Part shown: in pieces, positions 12,571 through 25,273 of the stretch | How positions within the stretch are numbered: the first letter of the stretch is position 1 | Layout of the letters: every line of letters starts with the position of its first letter | Assembly: GCA_965153285.1 (NCBI GenBank) | Contig: OZ229110.1 | DNA length: 64,000 bases | Source of the DNA: Podarcis tiliguerta | Lineage: Eukaryota | Strand: one strand, 5' to 3' | Notes under the pieces: generated by a model | Databases searched by the model: none | Told to the model about the DNA's origin: nothing | What the model saw: only the letters and a program-made list of their open reading frames with translations | Program-made: the position numbers and the translations under genes

Positions 12571-12822
12571 CTTGGGCATGGATGAGCACGATCACCTCCT
12601 CCAACATTGCAGGCTTCCCTTTCTTCTGTTTCAGGACATTCTCGGCCGGCTCCTACAGCAACATGCTTTATACTCCGAGTTCTAATTCGGTATCCTGGTG
12701 AGAGATCCCCTGAGTGACAAGTCTTTGAACAGGAGCTCCATGAAGACCAATCTGATGTTTCACAGTCTTTAGGCATAACACAGGACTGAAAGGTCAAAGG
12801 GATGGTTTCTTGCACACAAAGG
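12571..12822 (-). CDS. THSD7B: THSD7B coding exon (~exon 4, 252 nt, phase 2-2)
   Basis: (S)LCVQETIPLTFQSCVMPKDCETSDWSSWSSCSKTCHSGDLSPGYRIRTRSIKHVAVGAGRECPETEEREACNVGGGDRAHPCP(R), a TSP1 repeat with WxxWxxC. Acceptor ttatcacag|C, donor CCAAG|gtagat; in frame with both neighbours. Confidence 0.95.
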
Positions 12823-14719
12823 CTGTGATAAGAAAGTATTTTGTTAACAACACCACAACAACCCTGAAGCATTCTCTCTTATACCTGGTCTGTGATTAAA
12901 CAGATGCAGGAAGGCTATGAAGCATTCCGTAATAGCCAGATCTGCAAGTTACATTTTACCAAGCCTCCATTGGGAAGAGAGAAACCCAAGACATTCCAGG
13001 GCCATGGAAAAAGCAACAACTCCAACATTAAAATTAATGTTTCTTTAAAATTAGGTAAGTCCACAGCTAGCTTGCAAGGGTGCTAGCACTCCCTTTCCAC
13101 TCTCAACTTCAGGGACGCTAATTGCAACTGTTTGCGTGGCAAAGCCAAGCCACTGCTTGGAAACTTTAAACAACCTAGGCAAAAGCTGCATGCAAATGCA
13201 ATATAGAAGACACCTCCACTAATGTGTTTATTCCCCAAATAAATAAATAAATATCTAAATCATAAATTTCATGAAATGAAAGACAAGCTGAAACGCCCCC
13301 TTTCTTCATAATGTCTCATGATGCTACATTTTTAAAACAGGATCACAGTGTTTAATTACCCATAATGTGAGGTTAATTACACTAAATGTAGCATAAAATT
13401 GCAAAGGTACTAAAGGGTTGTTTCTGCTTTGCAGATGGAAAACTAATTTAATTGATATTTGGTCCGTGTGAAAATCTGAATAGGATCTTTCAGGTATTTT
13501 ATTTGGATACAGGAGGGGCGCTATTACTAGGTGGCATGAACATGCCAGCAGAGGTGACCACAAAAGTGACTGCCTCTGTTTGAGTGCTTGCAGCTTAGTA
13601 TCGAGGCAAATGGGATGGAAAGGTCCCAGCTGAGCTCAGCAGAGCAAATCGCACCACTGCTGCTACCTCCCATTCCATTGCTTCAAGGCCTGGAAACTGA
13701 CCCTGGATCACGCAAAGGAGGCAGAATCAGGGATGGGCATGGGCAGAACACGTGGAGTCTTTTTCCACCAGGGACTGCACTGGGAATGCCAATCCCCAGT
13801 AGAAAAATGACACTACTACCATCCATATCTGATCCAAAGAAACAACTTTCCACATTCCTGTTCCCAATGTGGTAAAGGAAAATGGTGTCATTAGCACTTC
13901 TAGCCAATTTAAAAAATGTAAACTGGTGAAGCTATTTTAACAGTTTTCTTTTCCATCTGTGAACCATGTTTCAAGTTTAACTGATATATATTGAAGTCAA
14001 CTACCAAAACTCCTGGTGCAACTGGTGCAAACAAGATTAAGACAAGCTATATCTTTGAACCCAAGTACTCTTTCTCTAACCAACCTTTTGCCTAACCAAT
14101 GCCCCCTTAAAAGATATAGCATAATAAACAGCAGGTCCTTAAAAGGCTATTTCAGTGGTTGTACAAGATGTTCAGCAACATTTAAAAAAAACATGCACAT
14201 CACATGCGATGACCAACCCATTGAGAAGTACAGATTATGAGAAAACACTGGGAACAGCCTGAGAAACTTATGAGCACAATTACTTCAAAAACTTTTAATG
14301 TTTTTCATATCACCAACTTAAGCCAAATATCAGTGCTAATATATTTTACATTTAACTGTTCCAGAAGAACAGTTTTTTTCTTCTTCAGGATTTCCTGTTG
14401 AGGCATACTCTGCCAAAAATACAGCAGTGTTGCTCCACCTCACTCACCATGATAGAAGGATTAATGTGGCCTGTATGGTAATAATGGAAGTACAGTAATG
14501 AACCAGAATAATATTGTTGCTAGCTCAGAAAACTACAAATTATTCTCATGGATTGGCCTGACCAGAGATTCAGTTGCATGAAAGGAAGAGTGCCAAACAC
14601 AGCACATCTCTGAATGCAGCAGTTGATTCCCAGAAGTATGTATGAGTACAACAACATGTGTTCCAGCTATTCTGCGCCTGTGAATTGCCTTTGAAAGTGG
14701 GAGCCATTAACTAGGTTTA

Positions 14720-14883
14720 AGATGTGCCAACTTGAATAAAATATGGTGAGGGGGTAGGTAAGCCCAGCCCTGTATAGTCGATCACATGACGTGATGTTCG
14801 CACACCATATGAATGGCAGGCCCTCTCAAATATTTTATTGGAGGCAGTGAAGACCCCTCAGCCCCTTGGAGTTGGCTCCTATG
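14720..14883. repeat. degenerate short palindromic DNA-transposon-like repeat
   Basis: Internal inverted AATAAAATAT..GAGGG / CCCTCTCAAATATTTTATT; ends AGTTGGCTCCTATG. Confidence 0.45.
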
Positions 14884-15241
14884 CTGGGCTGCAATTATTT
14901 CATCCACAAAGATGCTTTGGATGACTTACATATGTCTGAACTGGCTCTCAATAACCATGGAAGCTCTGGAAATAAATAACTATCTGCTCCCTTTGATGGA
15001 AGAAAACTTGAATGCTGGTTGAAAATCAGCAAAACAAAACCTCCTTTAAATTGTAGTTTATATGCATACACCACTACCAAAAGTGTCTCTTCAACATATG
15101 AAACTTTAGTGCTAAATGAGACTACATGTAAATGAAACCAAAACACTGTACATGGCAAAATGCACATTCAAAACTCAAGAAGTAGGTATTTTTAGTAGCC
15201 TTTAAAGCATACATCTCTTAGGAATGAAGTTGATCTCTTAC

Positions 15242-16079
15242 CTCAGCATAGCATTCTTCCCATCACTTCTCGTACATCTCACCTGCCTTGTTTGGTAACC
15301 AATTTCTATATCCCAAGGCTTGGAACTGTAGTGTGACCTAGATCTATGAAAACTCTGGAAATTCTCCACCACTTGAAGTTTGAAGGAGCTTCGTTCTGTT
15401 GATTCGGAACCAAAATCCAGCATAGTTCTCCCAATCATATTCATTTCCTTAAGGTGAGGCATCCGACACTTACTCCAGGGTCCAACTTTAAGACTGTATG
15501 TATATTCCTCTTCCCCATGAGGACAAGACATCCAAACATCGCAAACCCTCGATTCAGTTAGATTTGGGCATTTGGCTCCACCATAGAGTGGCGGCGCAAT
15601 AACAGAACGGGTTCTGTGTTGTAAACTCTTTCCACAGTGTCTGCCACATACAGACCAGGAGGAAAACTCAGACACTACACAATCCCGTGGGCAAGGTATT
15701 AGGCAAGCTTGTTCCATAGGTGGCTGAGGGGTAAAATATTCACATATCTCATTCGCAACTACTGTTCTGTTCAACTTCTGTACACATTGTACCTTTCTGT
15801 GTTGTAATCCATGCTGGGCTGTTACACATGCCGAAGTTCTTGGTCTGACTTCACCAAGGGCAAAAGGAACAAGAACACACAGGTGCCATTCTGAAACTTC
15901 CCACTCAAAGAGTTCAAGATGCCAGTCACATATTTTAAAACAGCTCCTCTGGCTTTCAGGTCTGTCACTTTGTTCACAATTTGAATGATGGGTTGTCCAC
16001 CCTTCAGAATGAACACACCAGACTACTCGGCTCTGAACACCGCCCGAACCACAATCACCTATACATCGTCCCCAATGAC
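15242..16079 (-). CDS. THSD7B: THSD7B coding exon (~exon 3, 838 nt; first thrombospondin type-1 repeats)
   Basis: Translates GHWGRCIGDCGSGGVQSRVVWC...CVTAQHGLQHRKVQCVQKLNRTVVANEICE...QACLIPCPRDCVVSEF...EIGYQTRQVRCTRSDGKNAML, closely matching remembered human THSD7B. Acceptor ttcctttttttag|GT (phase 1), donor CTGAG|gtaaga (phase 2); length fits the phases. Confidence 0.96.
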
Positions 16080-16492
16080 CTAAAAAAAGGAAAGGAAAGG
16101 AAATCTTAAAAAATTTGTTAAAGTTTGCATCTATGAAGGGAATAACTGGCTTGACGTGTAAAATGATTTCTGTCTCTTTAGAAACCCCCATTTCTCAAAT
16201 TCACCATCCTTCACTAACAGAAAATGGGGAAACACAATGCAACTACAGACCAGAACAAACAGCTGCAAGCAAGGAATTATGCCCAGCAAGACACACCCAA
16301 TCCAGGCTTCTTGCATTTCAGTGCTGTCTTCTACAGGGTTTTCACAATTTGTGGGAAAAACTTCTTTTAAAAAACCCTATATACCTATTTATTTTTAAAC
16401 ACAAACACCTGTAGCATGGGGTGTGGGGGTAGTGTCTGAACCTTGCAATTTATAGATCCTGTTTCTACCAGTTTTGCAATAAATATTAAGAC

Positions 16493-16628
16493 ATAGCTCA
16501 GTTGGCAGAGCATGAGACTCTTAATTTCAGGGTTGTAGGTTCAAGCCCCACCTTGAGCAAAAGTTTCCTGCACTGCAGGGGGTTGTACTAGATGCTCCTC
16601 GTGGCCCCTTCAAGCTCTATGATTCTAT
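16493..16628 (+). mobile_element. SINE with tRNA-Lys(CTT)-derived head and CR1-type 3' tail
   Basis: TAGCTCAGTTGGCAGAGCATGAGACTCTTAATTTCAGGGTTGTAGGTTCAAGCCCCAC resembles tRNA-Lys, followed by TTCCTGCACTGCAGGGGGTTGTACTAGATG...CTCTATGATTCTAT. Confidence 0.85.
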
Positions 16629-18689
16629 AAAACCACTATCTGTTTATTTCAGCCCACATTTAAACTACAGTATCTTAAGAGCTTAGACTGGAATCCTGCT
16701 GGCTTTGACTCAGCTTTTATTCAAGTCTTTCCCCCTGATGTGCATCTACTGAAGTAGGTAGGTCATCCATCTTTGCTGAATAATTAGCTCTTGGCAGCTC
16801 TTTCATGGAGGCCTGGTCACATTTACTAATAAGGAAGAGGGAAGAAATGCAGAATAGTCATGAGCGCAAATTGAGAGGGATCCAGGACAAAATGTGAAAG
16901 CAAAAGGGAAAAGGGGTATTGTTTTGTTTTTGTCATCACTGAGGATTAGTTTTCTATTGGATGCAGACCTATATTCATGCAATACACCCACCTAGGTAAT
17001 ATTTACACCAGGTTAGATATAAAACTGCCATCTGTTAGCGTACAAAGCCCAGAAGTAAACCCATGAGAAATCTAGAAAATGGTTGAAGACTCTCTTACAT
17101 TCCGGCATAATAAATTATCTGTGCACTGTCTTCTTAAACACTACCCAGCTTTTGGACCTCTTTGACTCTCTTCCTTTGACCCAGGAGGGTCAGGTTAGGA
17201 AATATGAGGCCTAGGGGTCAAATATGCCCCTTCTGACCTCTCTATCTGGCCCTTGAGCTGAAAAAGGCTCCCCACCCCTAACAGAGGATAAACCTTGATA
17301 CAGATATGCATTAACACCCATGCCAAAGAGCTGTACAGAAACATTAAAACCATTTAAGTAGCCAATGCCTACATTACGTCAGAAGACACAAACTATCAAA
17401 TTCTTTTCCCCAAGGGACACGGGGCTGTCTTCCACAAAACACATATCAAAACTCTTTAGCCTTCCTCAAGTTTTGCCCAGATTCTTTTCAGATTTCACTT
17501 ATGCCAAAATTTCAGAAAAACTCTGCCTACCGGGCAGAGAATGTGTGCATACTTTGGTTGGAAAGTGGTCCTCAGCCAAAGAACATCTATACCACAGCTC
17601 TCATGGCTTCTCTTAAAGAATGCTGGGAAATTTTGTCTGATTAATGTGATAGCCACACATACACACACACACAGTTCCTAGGGTCTTCAGGGCTTTGTTA
17701 AACCAGCTGAAGTCTCCATTGTAGGTATATCATGACAGCACATTTTCTAGATGTCCAAGTATTTGAACTGTGTATGCTTCTGATAACAGATTGATCAAAA
17801 GATCCGATATACAGAGATTCTGAAGGAAATAATTTGCATAACCTCAAGATGCAATCCTATACTGAGTTGCCTGGGCGTAAGCACCAATGGACTCAAAGGG
17901 ATTTACTTCCGAATAGACACAGATAGTTTTCCACTGTCAGTATGTCAGAACAGGATGGCATCAAATTGAGAAGGTAAGAAACCCTTGCCTCCCACAACTT
18001 TGATTGTGATTTGCTGTTTTTTAGCATTAGAGATATTTGAGGTGAGTTAAACACTAAAAATAAAAGAAATGCAGGCAAACATAGAAGTGATGAAAGGTAC
18101 ATTTACTTATTATTCTACCATGAACAGAAGTTGCATTTAGTACTTCTGCATACAAAAAGAAAATTATCCTCTCTTAAAAGCTAACATATATTAATCAAAT
18201 TTTCTCTCAGCTTCTTCATATATACCTTCTAGCATCTTCAATTATAAGCAGGAAAATGGGAAATATATACAAAAACTCATTTGAAAAGTAAAAATGGCCT
18301 AGAGGCACATGCAGAATTAATATCAATTTATACATAAAAAAGTTTTTTTTTAATGTGTTGAATGAATTAGAACAAAATTTATAAAGAAATGATATAGTCA
18401 CAATGTAAAACTCATTTCTGAAAGGTTTAAGAAAACAATTTTTAAACAGGAATAACAAATAAAATGAATAGCTAAAATTGCTGCATCATTAAGACCTCAC
18501 TTTCTAATCCTTCAATGTCAGCTCTTTCCACCATTGTGAAGCAAAATTCACCAAGCATTGGATTGTTTAACCACTAACAGACCATCATGAGATAGATTTA
18601 AGATAGAGACCATCATGAGATAGAGTTTTAAGGCTTTACAGGTAAAAAAAAATAGCACTTTGAATTGGGCCCAGGAACTAATTGACAAC

Positions 18690-19075
18690 CAGAGCATCAC
18701 CCTCTGCAAATGACCATCCAAGTGGTACAGGAACCAATGCAAAGTGGGGCCGCCCACTCCCAACTCAGACAGCCCTTCCAGAAGGATACCATGATCAATG
18801 GTATTGAAAGCCACCGAGAGGTTGAGGAGAATTATTAGGGATACATTTGCTCTGTCTCTCTCCTGACAGAGCAACATCCGGGCCAAAACCCAGACTGAAA
18901 TGGATCCAGAAAATCAGTTTCCTTCAACAGAGCCTGATCTGGTCTGCAGACACCCACCCAAGGAGGAGACATTGGCAACTGGCCAGTAATTATTTAAAAT
19001 TTCCAAATCCAGGTTTTCTTGAGGAGTGGTTTTTCCACCGCCTCCTTCAAGGAGGCATTAATCACCTCCCTACTG
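18690..19075 (-). mobile_element. L2 LINE RT fragment
   Basis: LKEAV..PLLKK, NYWPVANV, ETDFLDPFQSGF, RDRANVSLIILLNLSVAFNTIDHGILL (cf. LLDLSAAFDTIDHGILL). Confidence 0.9.
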
Positions 19076-19177
19076 AACATCTCCTACTGAATATGTACCA
19101 CAGCAGTTACATAGTGTGTGAATCTGCATTTCTGCTTATTGAAGACTGTGGAAGTCAGCCAAACTGTTCTATACTAT

Positions 19178-19323
19178 GGATAGCTCAGTTGGTTAGAACT
19201 TGGTGATGATATGCCAAGATTGCAGGTTCAATCAATGAGAGGGCCACATGTTCCTGCATTTAAGGGGGTTGGACTAGATGCTCCTTAGGGTCCCTTCCGA
19301 CTCTGCCACTCTATTATTCTATT
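19178..19323 (+). mobile_element. SINE with tRNA-Ile-derived head and CR1-type tail
   Basis: TAGCTCAGTTGGTTAGAA..TGGTGATGATATGCCAAGATTGCAGGTTCAATC, then TTCCTGCATT..GGGGGTTGGACTAGATG..GGTCCCTTCC. Confidence 0.8.
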
Positions 19324-20571
19324 ATTAACTTTTTTATTTCACGGTTGGCTTTGCCTGAGAGGCGTCCTTTGTCCTCTCTCTTTTTGTTTCAGAGGCAAGA
19401 TTTGTGATTATAATTAGCACACATGTAAACAATGTATATAAGCAGCCACAGTAATTGGCAGAGAAGGGTTGCTGTGACTGCACAAGTCATCCTATCCACA
19501 TGTCTAGTCACCTTACAGATGCTCACTTTCTCACATTTCTCCTTTTCTCCTCTCAGTGGGAGTACAACACCATCACAAAGGAAGCAACTCCTACACATCA
19601 TTCCCCACCCCAATATAAACAAAGCCATATGAACATAAAAATAAGACTCGCCAAAGAAGAATTTATAATATAAAAATAACCAAAATCTGGTTGTGTGTGT
19701 CCACGTCAGACAGACATCATATCATGGACTCAAACTCCTGACACATGGACAGGCTGATAGCGCTGAAGCCAAAATGCATACGCATGTTCAACTTATTCCT
19801 TCTCCCCCCCACAAAAAAACCTAATCTTTTAAAAAGAAACTATAACAAACATATAGAATTTATTCTGACGGGTTCTCAGTGCCTCTTGACATTCGCTGTT
19901 AAACACAGCAGCAAACTAATCTATGATGCCTCATTGCGCCACCAAATTTCCACTTCCGTAGTTTAAACAGAGTAGAAAGCTCCAGATCTTCCCACTAAAT
20001 AGTGCTTGGTAATTAGCAATTAATTAGATCCTTTAAAAGGCTGTAATGAGCAGTTTTTCTCCATAAATCCATGATCCATTACCAGAAATAGCTGCAGAGA
20101 GTGAACAAGAATGTGCTTACATTTATTAAAAACCAAAAGAAACAGTGGCTTCAAAAAGCCATAATTATGGGCTGGCATTGAAGTGATTCACAAAGACATA
20201 TAGGCCTTCAGCTCCCAAGTCAGCATCCTGCCCTAATCTAAAAACTCCTGTCAATCACCAGTCTGCATGCTTTCCCTTGGTTTCTTCACAATATAAATAC
20301 AGCCTCTCATTTTCAAGTAATAGAAACATCCAGGATCAGTTTTCTCATAGGAAGAAATTACTGGAGAGCCATGGTGCCTTTGTAGTCTCTGTATATTCAG
20401 AAGCATTGAGGTGTAGCAAGAGGGAAGTAAACACACCCTGCACACACTGGCTGTGTACACACCATTACTTTTAAAGTAGATTTCACCAAAGCCACCCCCC
20501 AAAATCTTGCGAACTGTAGTTTCTGGTCTGCATCACTTATGCATGTGTTTGGTTATTATGTCCTTTGTATT

Positions 20572-20572
<1 letters not shown>

Positions 20573-20602
<30 letters not shown>

Positions 20603-20608
20603 GAAAGA
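20573..20608. repeat. (GAAA)n microsatellite
   Basis: Visible tandem repeat. Confidence 0.85.
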
Positions 20609-22414
20609 ATCTGCACAAAAATCTGCATCTATGCTCCAGGATTTGTATTTGCATGGTTACCCAATGGGGGAACACACATTTTTTTGAACTGCAATGTTCA
20701 AACACACGTTGCCTCTGTGTCAACAAGTTCGTTCCTTCATTTCAAGCAAACAACTAATGGAGCAAACCACCAGGGTGCTTACAGCATTCAAATAATAGGT
20801 TTCCTGGTTATATAGACTGCTATTGGGAAAAGATACTATACATCTGCACCGCTGGATTGATGTCATGTGCTACTGCACGTGAGGCTTCTCATGAGGGCGA
20901 TTTGTAAACAGTTTGCCCAGAATGTAACAGCCAGACAGCTGATAGCAATAAGCAATAGTTACAAAGAGTATATAACATCAGGATTGCAGGAATGCCTCCA
21001 GTTGCTTTCAGTGCTGTTTTCAAGATGCTGATTCTTCTTGCTTAAAGCGCTATTTAACCTGGGCCCAGTATGTCCAAGGGAGCACTTGCTCCCAGTATGG
21101 ATGTATGAGGGATTCCGTCTTTGCAAATTGTGATATGAACTAGCCTGATCCACATTCCCCATCTTAATCTGTGGATCAGGACACAGCTACCCACCAGCTC
21201 TTGCATTTCCAAAATGCTCTGGCATAGTCCTCAGGCTCAAAACAGTTACAAAATATTTTATCTCAAAACGTGCTTTTAATGCAGAAGTTTAGGCATGTGC
21301 ACTTTGAGATAAAATGCATTAGAAATACATATTTAAATGCAGATGACTTGCTTTTTATTCAAGAAAAGGCTTTCCCCCCCCCCAAGTCTTCCACAAACTC
21401 AGATATTTTGATGCAACTCGTCTGTCTCGGTCTTTTCAGTTTATATACATAATGAAATCTCTCCATTCACCATAGGAAGTGTCTTGTTTGCTTTGCCCTC
21501 TAGCTAGTCAGACTTTTTGTGTTATTATTTCAGAGATTATGAGAACCTAGAGTTTATCATACTACTTTTCAGTGGTGTATTGGTGCACATTGAGACTGGT
21601 GGGGTGGAATGCACGGAGACCAACCATAAATGGGGCCAGAGGTAATGGCAGGCATTGTCACCCTGACTTGTCAGTAAGAGAGCAGAAAGTGGTGGAGTGG
21701 GAAGGCTGAAGTTGATGGCACAGTGCCCTAACTGGCCCAATGCAAAAGTCGCCAACATTTTTGAGATAGTGGGCACATTTTGAACTTTGAGGGAGTCCTG
21801 GGGATGCCAATCATAAAATAGCTGCTATCAGGAGAGCCGACTTGGTCCCCAAGTTATGGGTGCCTGGTGCGTGTGACATCATGCACACCCACACCCACAC
21901 ATGTTCGACTGATGCACAACCATGTAGACACATGGCACCGGGAAATACTGGTAATTAAGTACAATTGATTTAAACTGCAAAAAAGATGCAAAAACGGACA
22001 GAAAAGAGTGGGGAAATGGCAACTGGAATCTTACGAGCCTTTGCATTGAGCTTTAAGGCCCGTAGAGAGTTGGAGTTTGAGAATGGCGGTTTCAACAGTT
22101 TCCAAAGGTTTCAAAGGCGTTTATAGGTTTTTAAAATGGTGCTTCCCACTATACGCAATTCATGTATACTCGTGGTACCTGGGAATGTAACCCCCACGTA
22201 AATGGGGAGGCTCCTGTACTTTAAGACCACCCATCATGAAAAATTCCTTCTCGTCTGGATTAAGTTTCAGCCGAAACTGATCTGAAACACCCATTCAAAG
22301 GTAAAACTACCATACCTTATTCAGATGGGAAGGAGAAATAGAGTCAAGTGACAATGGCAAGCTGCCAGCAACCCACTTGAAAACACTGGATGAATTCTTC
22401 CAGTAGTCTCGTGT

Positions 22415-22417
<3 letters not shown>

Positions 22418-22461
<44 letters not shown>
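22418..22461. repeat. (GA)n microsatellite
   Basis: Visible tandem repeat. Confidence 0.95.
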
Positions 22462-22462
<1 letters not shown>

Positions 22463-23808
22463 ACTGCACACGAAAGCTCAGTGAGGGGGAAAAACAGGCT
22501 CCCAGCACCACCTTTGTGGAGAGAAACATAGCACACACAAGGTCCCCAATTCAATCGTTTGTGTCTTGGCAAACAAGCAAGAGAAAGGCCCCTGCCAGAG
22601 CCACGAGGCATAATAACTCATTAATCTCCAAGCATCTTTGAGTACCATCAATATCTTTGCATCAATCGGGGTTTTTTCCTTTTCCTTTGATAGCTTTTTA
22701 GTGTCAGAAAATTAGGAAATATAGCATCATCACGATGAGGAGTAACACCATTCTCTATCTTTTGTTAAAGCTATAAATGGCAAATATGAGTGTCTGGCAA
22801 ACAAACCATCAAACACTTAACAAATGTAGAGGGCTAGAGGCATTAGGTAGAGGTTAGAAGCAGTAGGTATTCATTTAGGGATAATGCAAGGGGAAGAATG
22901 CAAACAGTAAGCATGAGCAGAGAAGTAGCAGAAATGTCCCTGACCACAAGAGATACTTGAAACAACAACAAATGATTCTTTTATGCTGGGAAAATCCACA
23001 GAAGGGAGCATTCAGCAGCTGTCAGAAATGGTAAATGCTCACGTGAGATTCATTTCTAAAAAGTAAAACAAAACATGAAGCAAAGCCCTCTGGAATTTAA
23101 CCTGCTGACAAATGAGCCATTTCTAGTGAGAAACTGTGTCTTTGTAACATTAAACCAACAGTCTCTAAACCCTCAGTTTGATCTGTACTGCAGGGAAGCA
23201 CAAATACCCAGTGAAACAAGAATCCTTCTTTCTCCACCTGAAGTGCTAACATAAATCCTTGTGCATTTAAGCATGAGAAGATTAAAAGGCATGATCACAA
23301 ACCTCACACCCATCAATGAAGAAGCAACATTATGGGTTGTGATCAAAATAATTTAAAAAAATGTGGAAGCATTGCACAGAGGGGGCCTTCTGTTAGATGC
23401 CCTAGGTATTGAACAATCGCCCTGAAGTAGTCTTGTTTGGCTTATTTGACAGTGAATTGAAATGGATTCACACCGTGTTTGAACGCCATGCTTCACAAAT
23501 CCTTAGGGTTTCTCAGCCTCAGGTCAACGGCAGTAGGGCATTATGAGCAGGACTTTGGGGCAGGCACCCACAATGTTGGCATCGAAAGGTCTAAACAATT
23601 TGGGTTGTGCACATGCAAAGGAAAACTGCTTTGACACAGACATGCCCATTTCTTGAGACTGATTTAACCGCTGCTGGCTGAGGTGCATTATGCACCAACT
23701 TAGGGAAGGTCTTTTCTGTAGTGGTGCTCAACTTGTGGAACTCCCTCCCCTCTGAAATAATCCAGGCTCAAGTTCCAATGAATGAGGGACTTACAGTCAT
23801 ATTCTATA

Positions 23809-24049
23809 CAGTGGTACCTCAGGTTAAGTACTGAATTCATTCCGGAGGTCCGTTCTTAACCTGAAACTGTTCTTAACCTGAAGCACCACTTTAGCTAATG
23901 GGGCCTCCTGCTGCTGCTGCACCGCCAGAGCCCAATTTCTGTTCTCATCCTGAAGCAAAGTTCTTAACCTGAAGCACTATTTCTGGGTTAGCGGAGGTGT
24001 AACCTGAAGCGTATGTAAGCTGAAGCGTATGTAACCCGAGGTACCACTG
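23809..24049 (+). mobile_element. Tc1/mariner superfamily (pogo/Tigger-like) MITE, 241 bp
   Basis: TA|CAGTGGTACCTC...GAGGTACCACTG|TA; internal repeats of TAACCTGAA. Confidence 0.92.
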
Positions 24050-24140
24050 TACTTGTAGACGCTTCCAAGACATCTTCGTGGGTAGCCCCATGTGTAATGC
24101 ATTGCAGTAATCCAACTGGGAAAATATCAGGATGAGATCC
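24050..24140 (-). mobile_element. L2 ORF2 C-terminal fragment
   Basis: SQLDYCNALHMGLP resembles L2 SRLDYCNALYxGLP. Confidence 0.75.
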
Positions 24141-24646
24141 CTGTAGGACTTTCCAGTACTTGATGCTTCTCTCATACCTGTATGATAAACTGTACCTCCA
24201 GAATGTACCTGCTGTATACAACCACTAAAAGACAGAGTAGCCCTGCCCTCCACAGGAACCATTTAAAATGGTTGTTAAGTAACAGCTGCTCCTGAATCCT
24301 AATTTGTGCCCAGTCATCATTAGTTCTCCTTCCTATGTTCCCTAGGTAAGGAACTACACCCCATCCATTTCAGAACAGCTTCACATTGCTGATTCATGTG
24401 CAGTTTACGCTCTTGCAGCCCCGCCATTTGCCATTATTAGTCAGTAAATTAAAGTAGCTAAAGATCTTCTCAGGTGAAAAGGTGGATGAGATAGGATTTA
24501 CAAGCCTGTTAACAGAGCACCTTGTAAAAGGAGGGATCAGAGAGGGATCAGAGATTGATTAAGTCACAATAGTATGGGGAAAATAATTCATCACCATAGT
24601 ATACAGTCCAAAACAAAGGGGTGATGCAGTAAAATGGCAGACTTGG

Positions 24647-24648
24647 GA

Positions 24649-24700
<52 letters not shown>
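24647..24700. repeat. (GAAA)n microsatellite
   Basis: Visible tandem repeat. Confidence 0.95.
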
Positions 24701-24702
<2 letters not shown>

Positions 24703-25242
24703 TTGAAATTTTAAAATCGCAAACTAACATAAGTTTGGCAACATAATAAATAATAAAATCATAGTGTGCCTGGAAAGCTATCATCAGTAGCCCTGAGTTA
24801 AAAAGAAATGCAAATGCAGCTATATTTTAAAGCAGTCAATATTTTAATTTGTAAGCTTTTTATTTGATGGGAAAAGTACTATGATGTCAGCCCATATTGC
24901 TTATCTAATTCAGTTAACCAGCACATAATAGTAGTTATAACTTGCTTTATGTGGTGTAGGCCGAATTGCTTTTCATGCCCGCAGAGTAAAAAAATTATAC
25001 AATAATTACGCTCACAAGGGCACAATGACATTTGCGCACACTTTTGACATGCAGGGCACACGTACATTGGAAAACAAGCTGTTTGGATAATGATCATATA
25101 TTAGGGGACAAAATGGCATCATCAGCCCTAAAAATATGTAGTTTAATAAGGATGGCAATTATAATCATGTTTGCAGTTTGACATTTTGTCAACAGCTCAC
25201 CATTCCACAGTTCATTCAAGTTTGGAAGCCAGTCCCCCCGCC

Positions 25243-25273
<31 letters not shown>

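Noticed and set aside
12823-12872. N-terminal part of the 101-aa ORF
   Set aside because: Intronic sequence upstream of the exon 4 acceptor.
16080-16191. N-terminal extension MGVSKETE...FPFLFL of the 317-aa ORF
   Set aside because: Reads through the polypyrimidine tract and acceptor; THSD7B similarity starts exactly at the AG, so it is intronic.
16493-16560. tRNA-Lys gene (likewise tRNA-Ile at 19178 and 32290, tRNA-Ala/Cys-like at 59399)
   Set aside because: Acceptor stems are broken, there is no poly-T terminator, and each is fused to a LINE-like tail: these are SINE heads, not tRNA genes.
18579-18624. 18-bp direct repeat AGACCATCATGAGATAGA
   Set aside because: Simple local tandem duplication beside decayed L2 sequence; no sign of function.
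21830-22218. Possible degenerate Tigger-like transposon ending ...CTCCTGTA
   Set aside because: Only one plausible end seen; no matching TIR or TSD could be established.
23809-24049. CRISPR-like repeat-spacer pattern (TTCTTAACCTGAA units)
   Set aside because: Eukaryotic context, irregular spacing, enclosed by TIRs and a TA TSD: internal repeats of a MITE.
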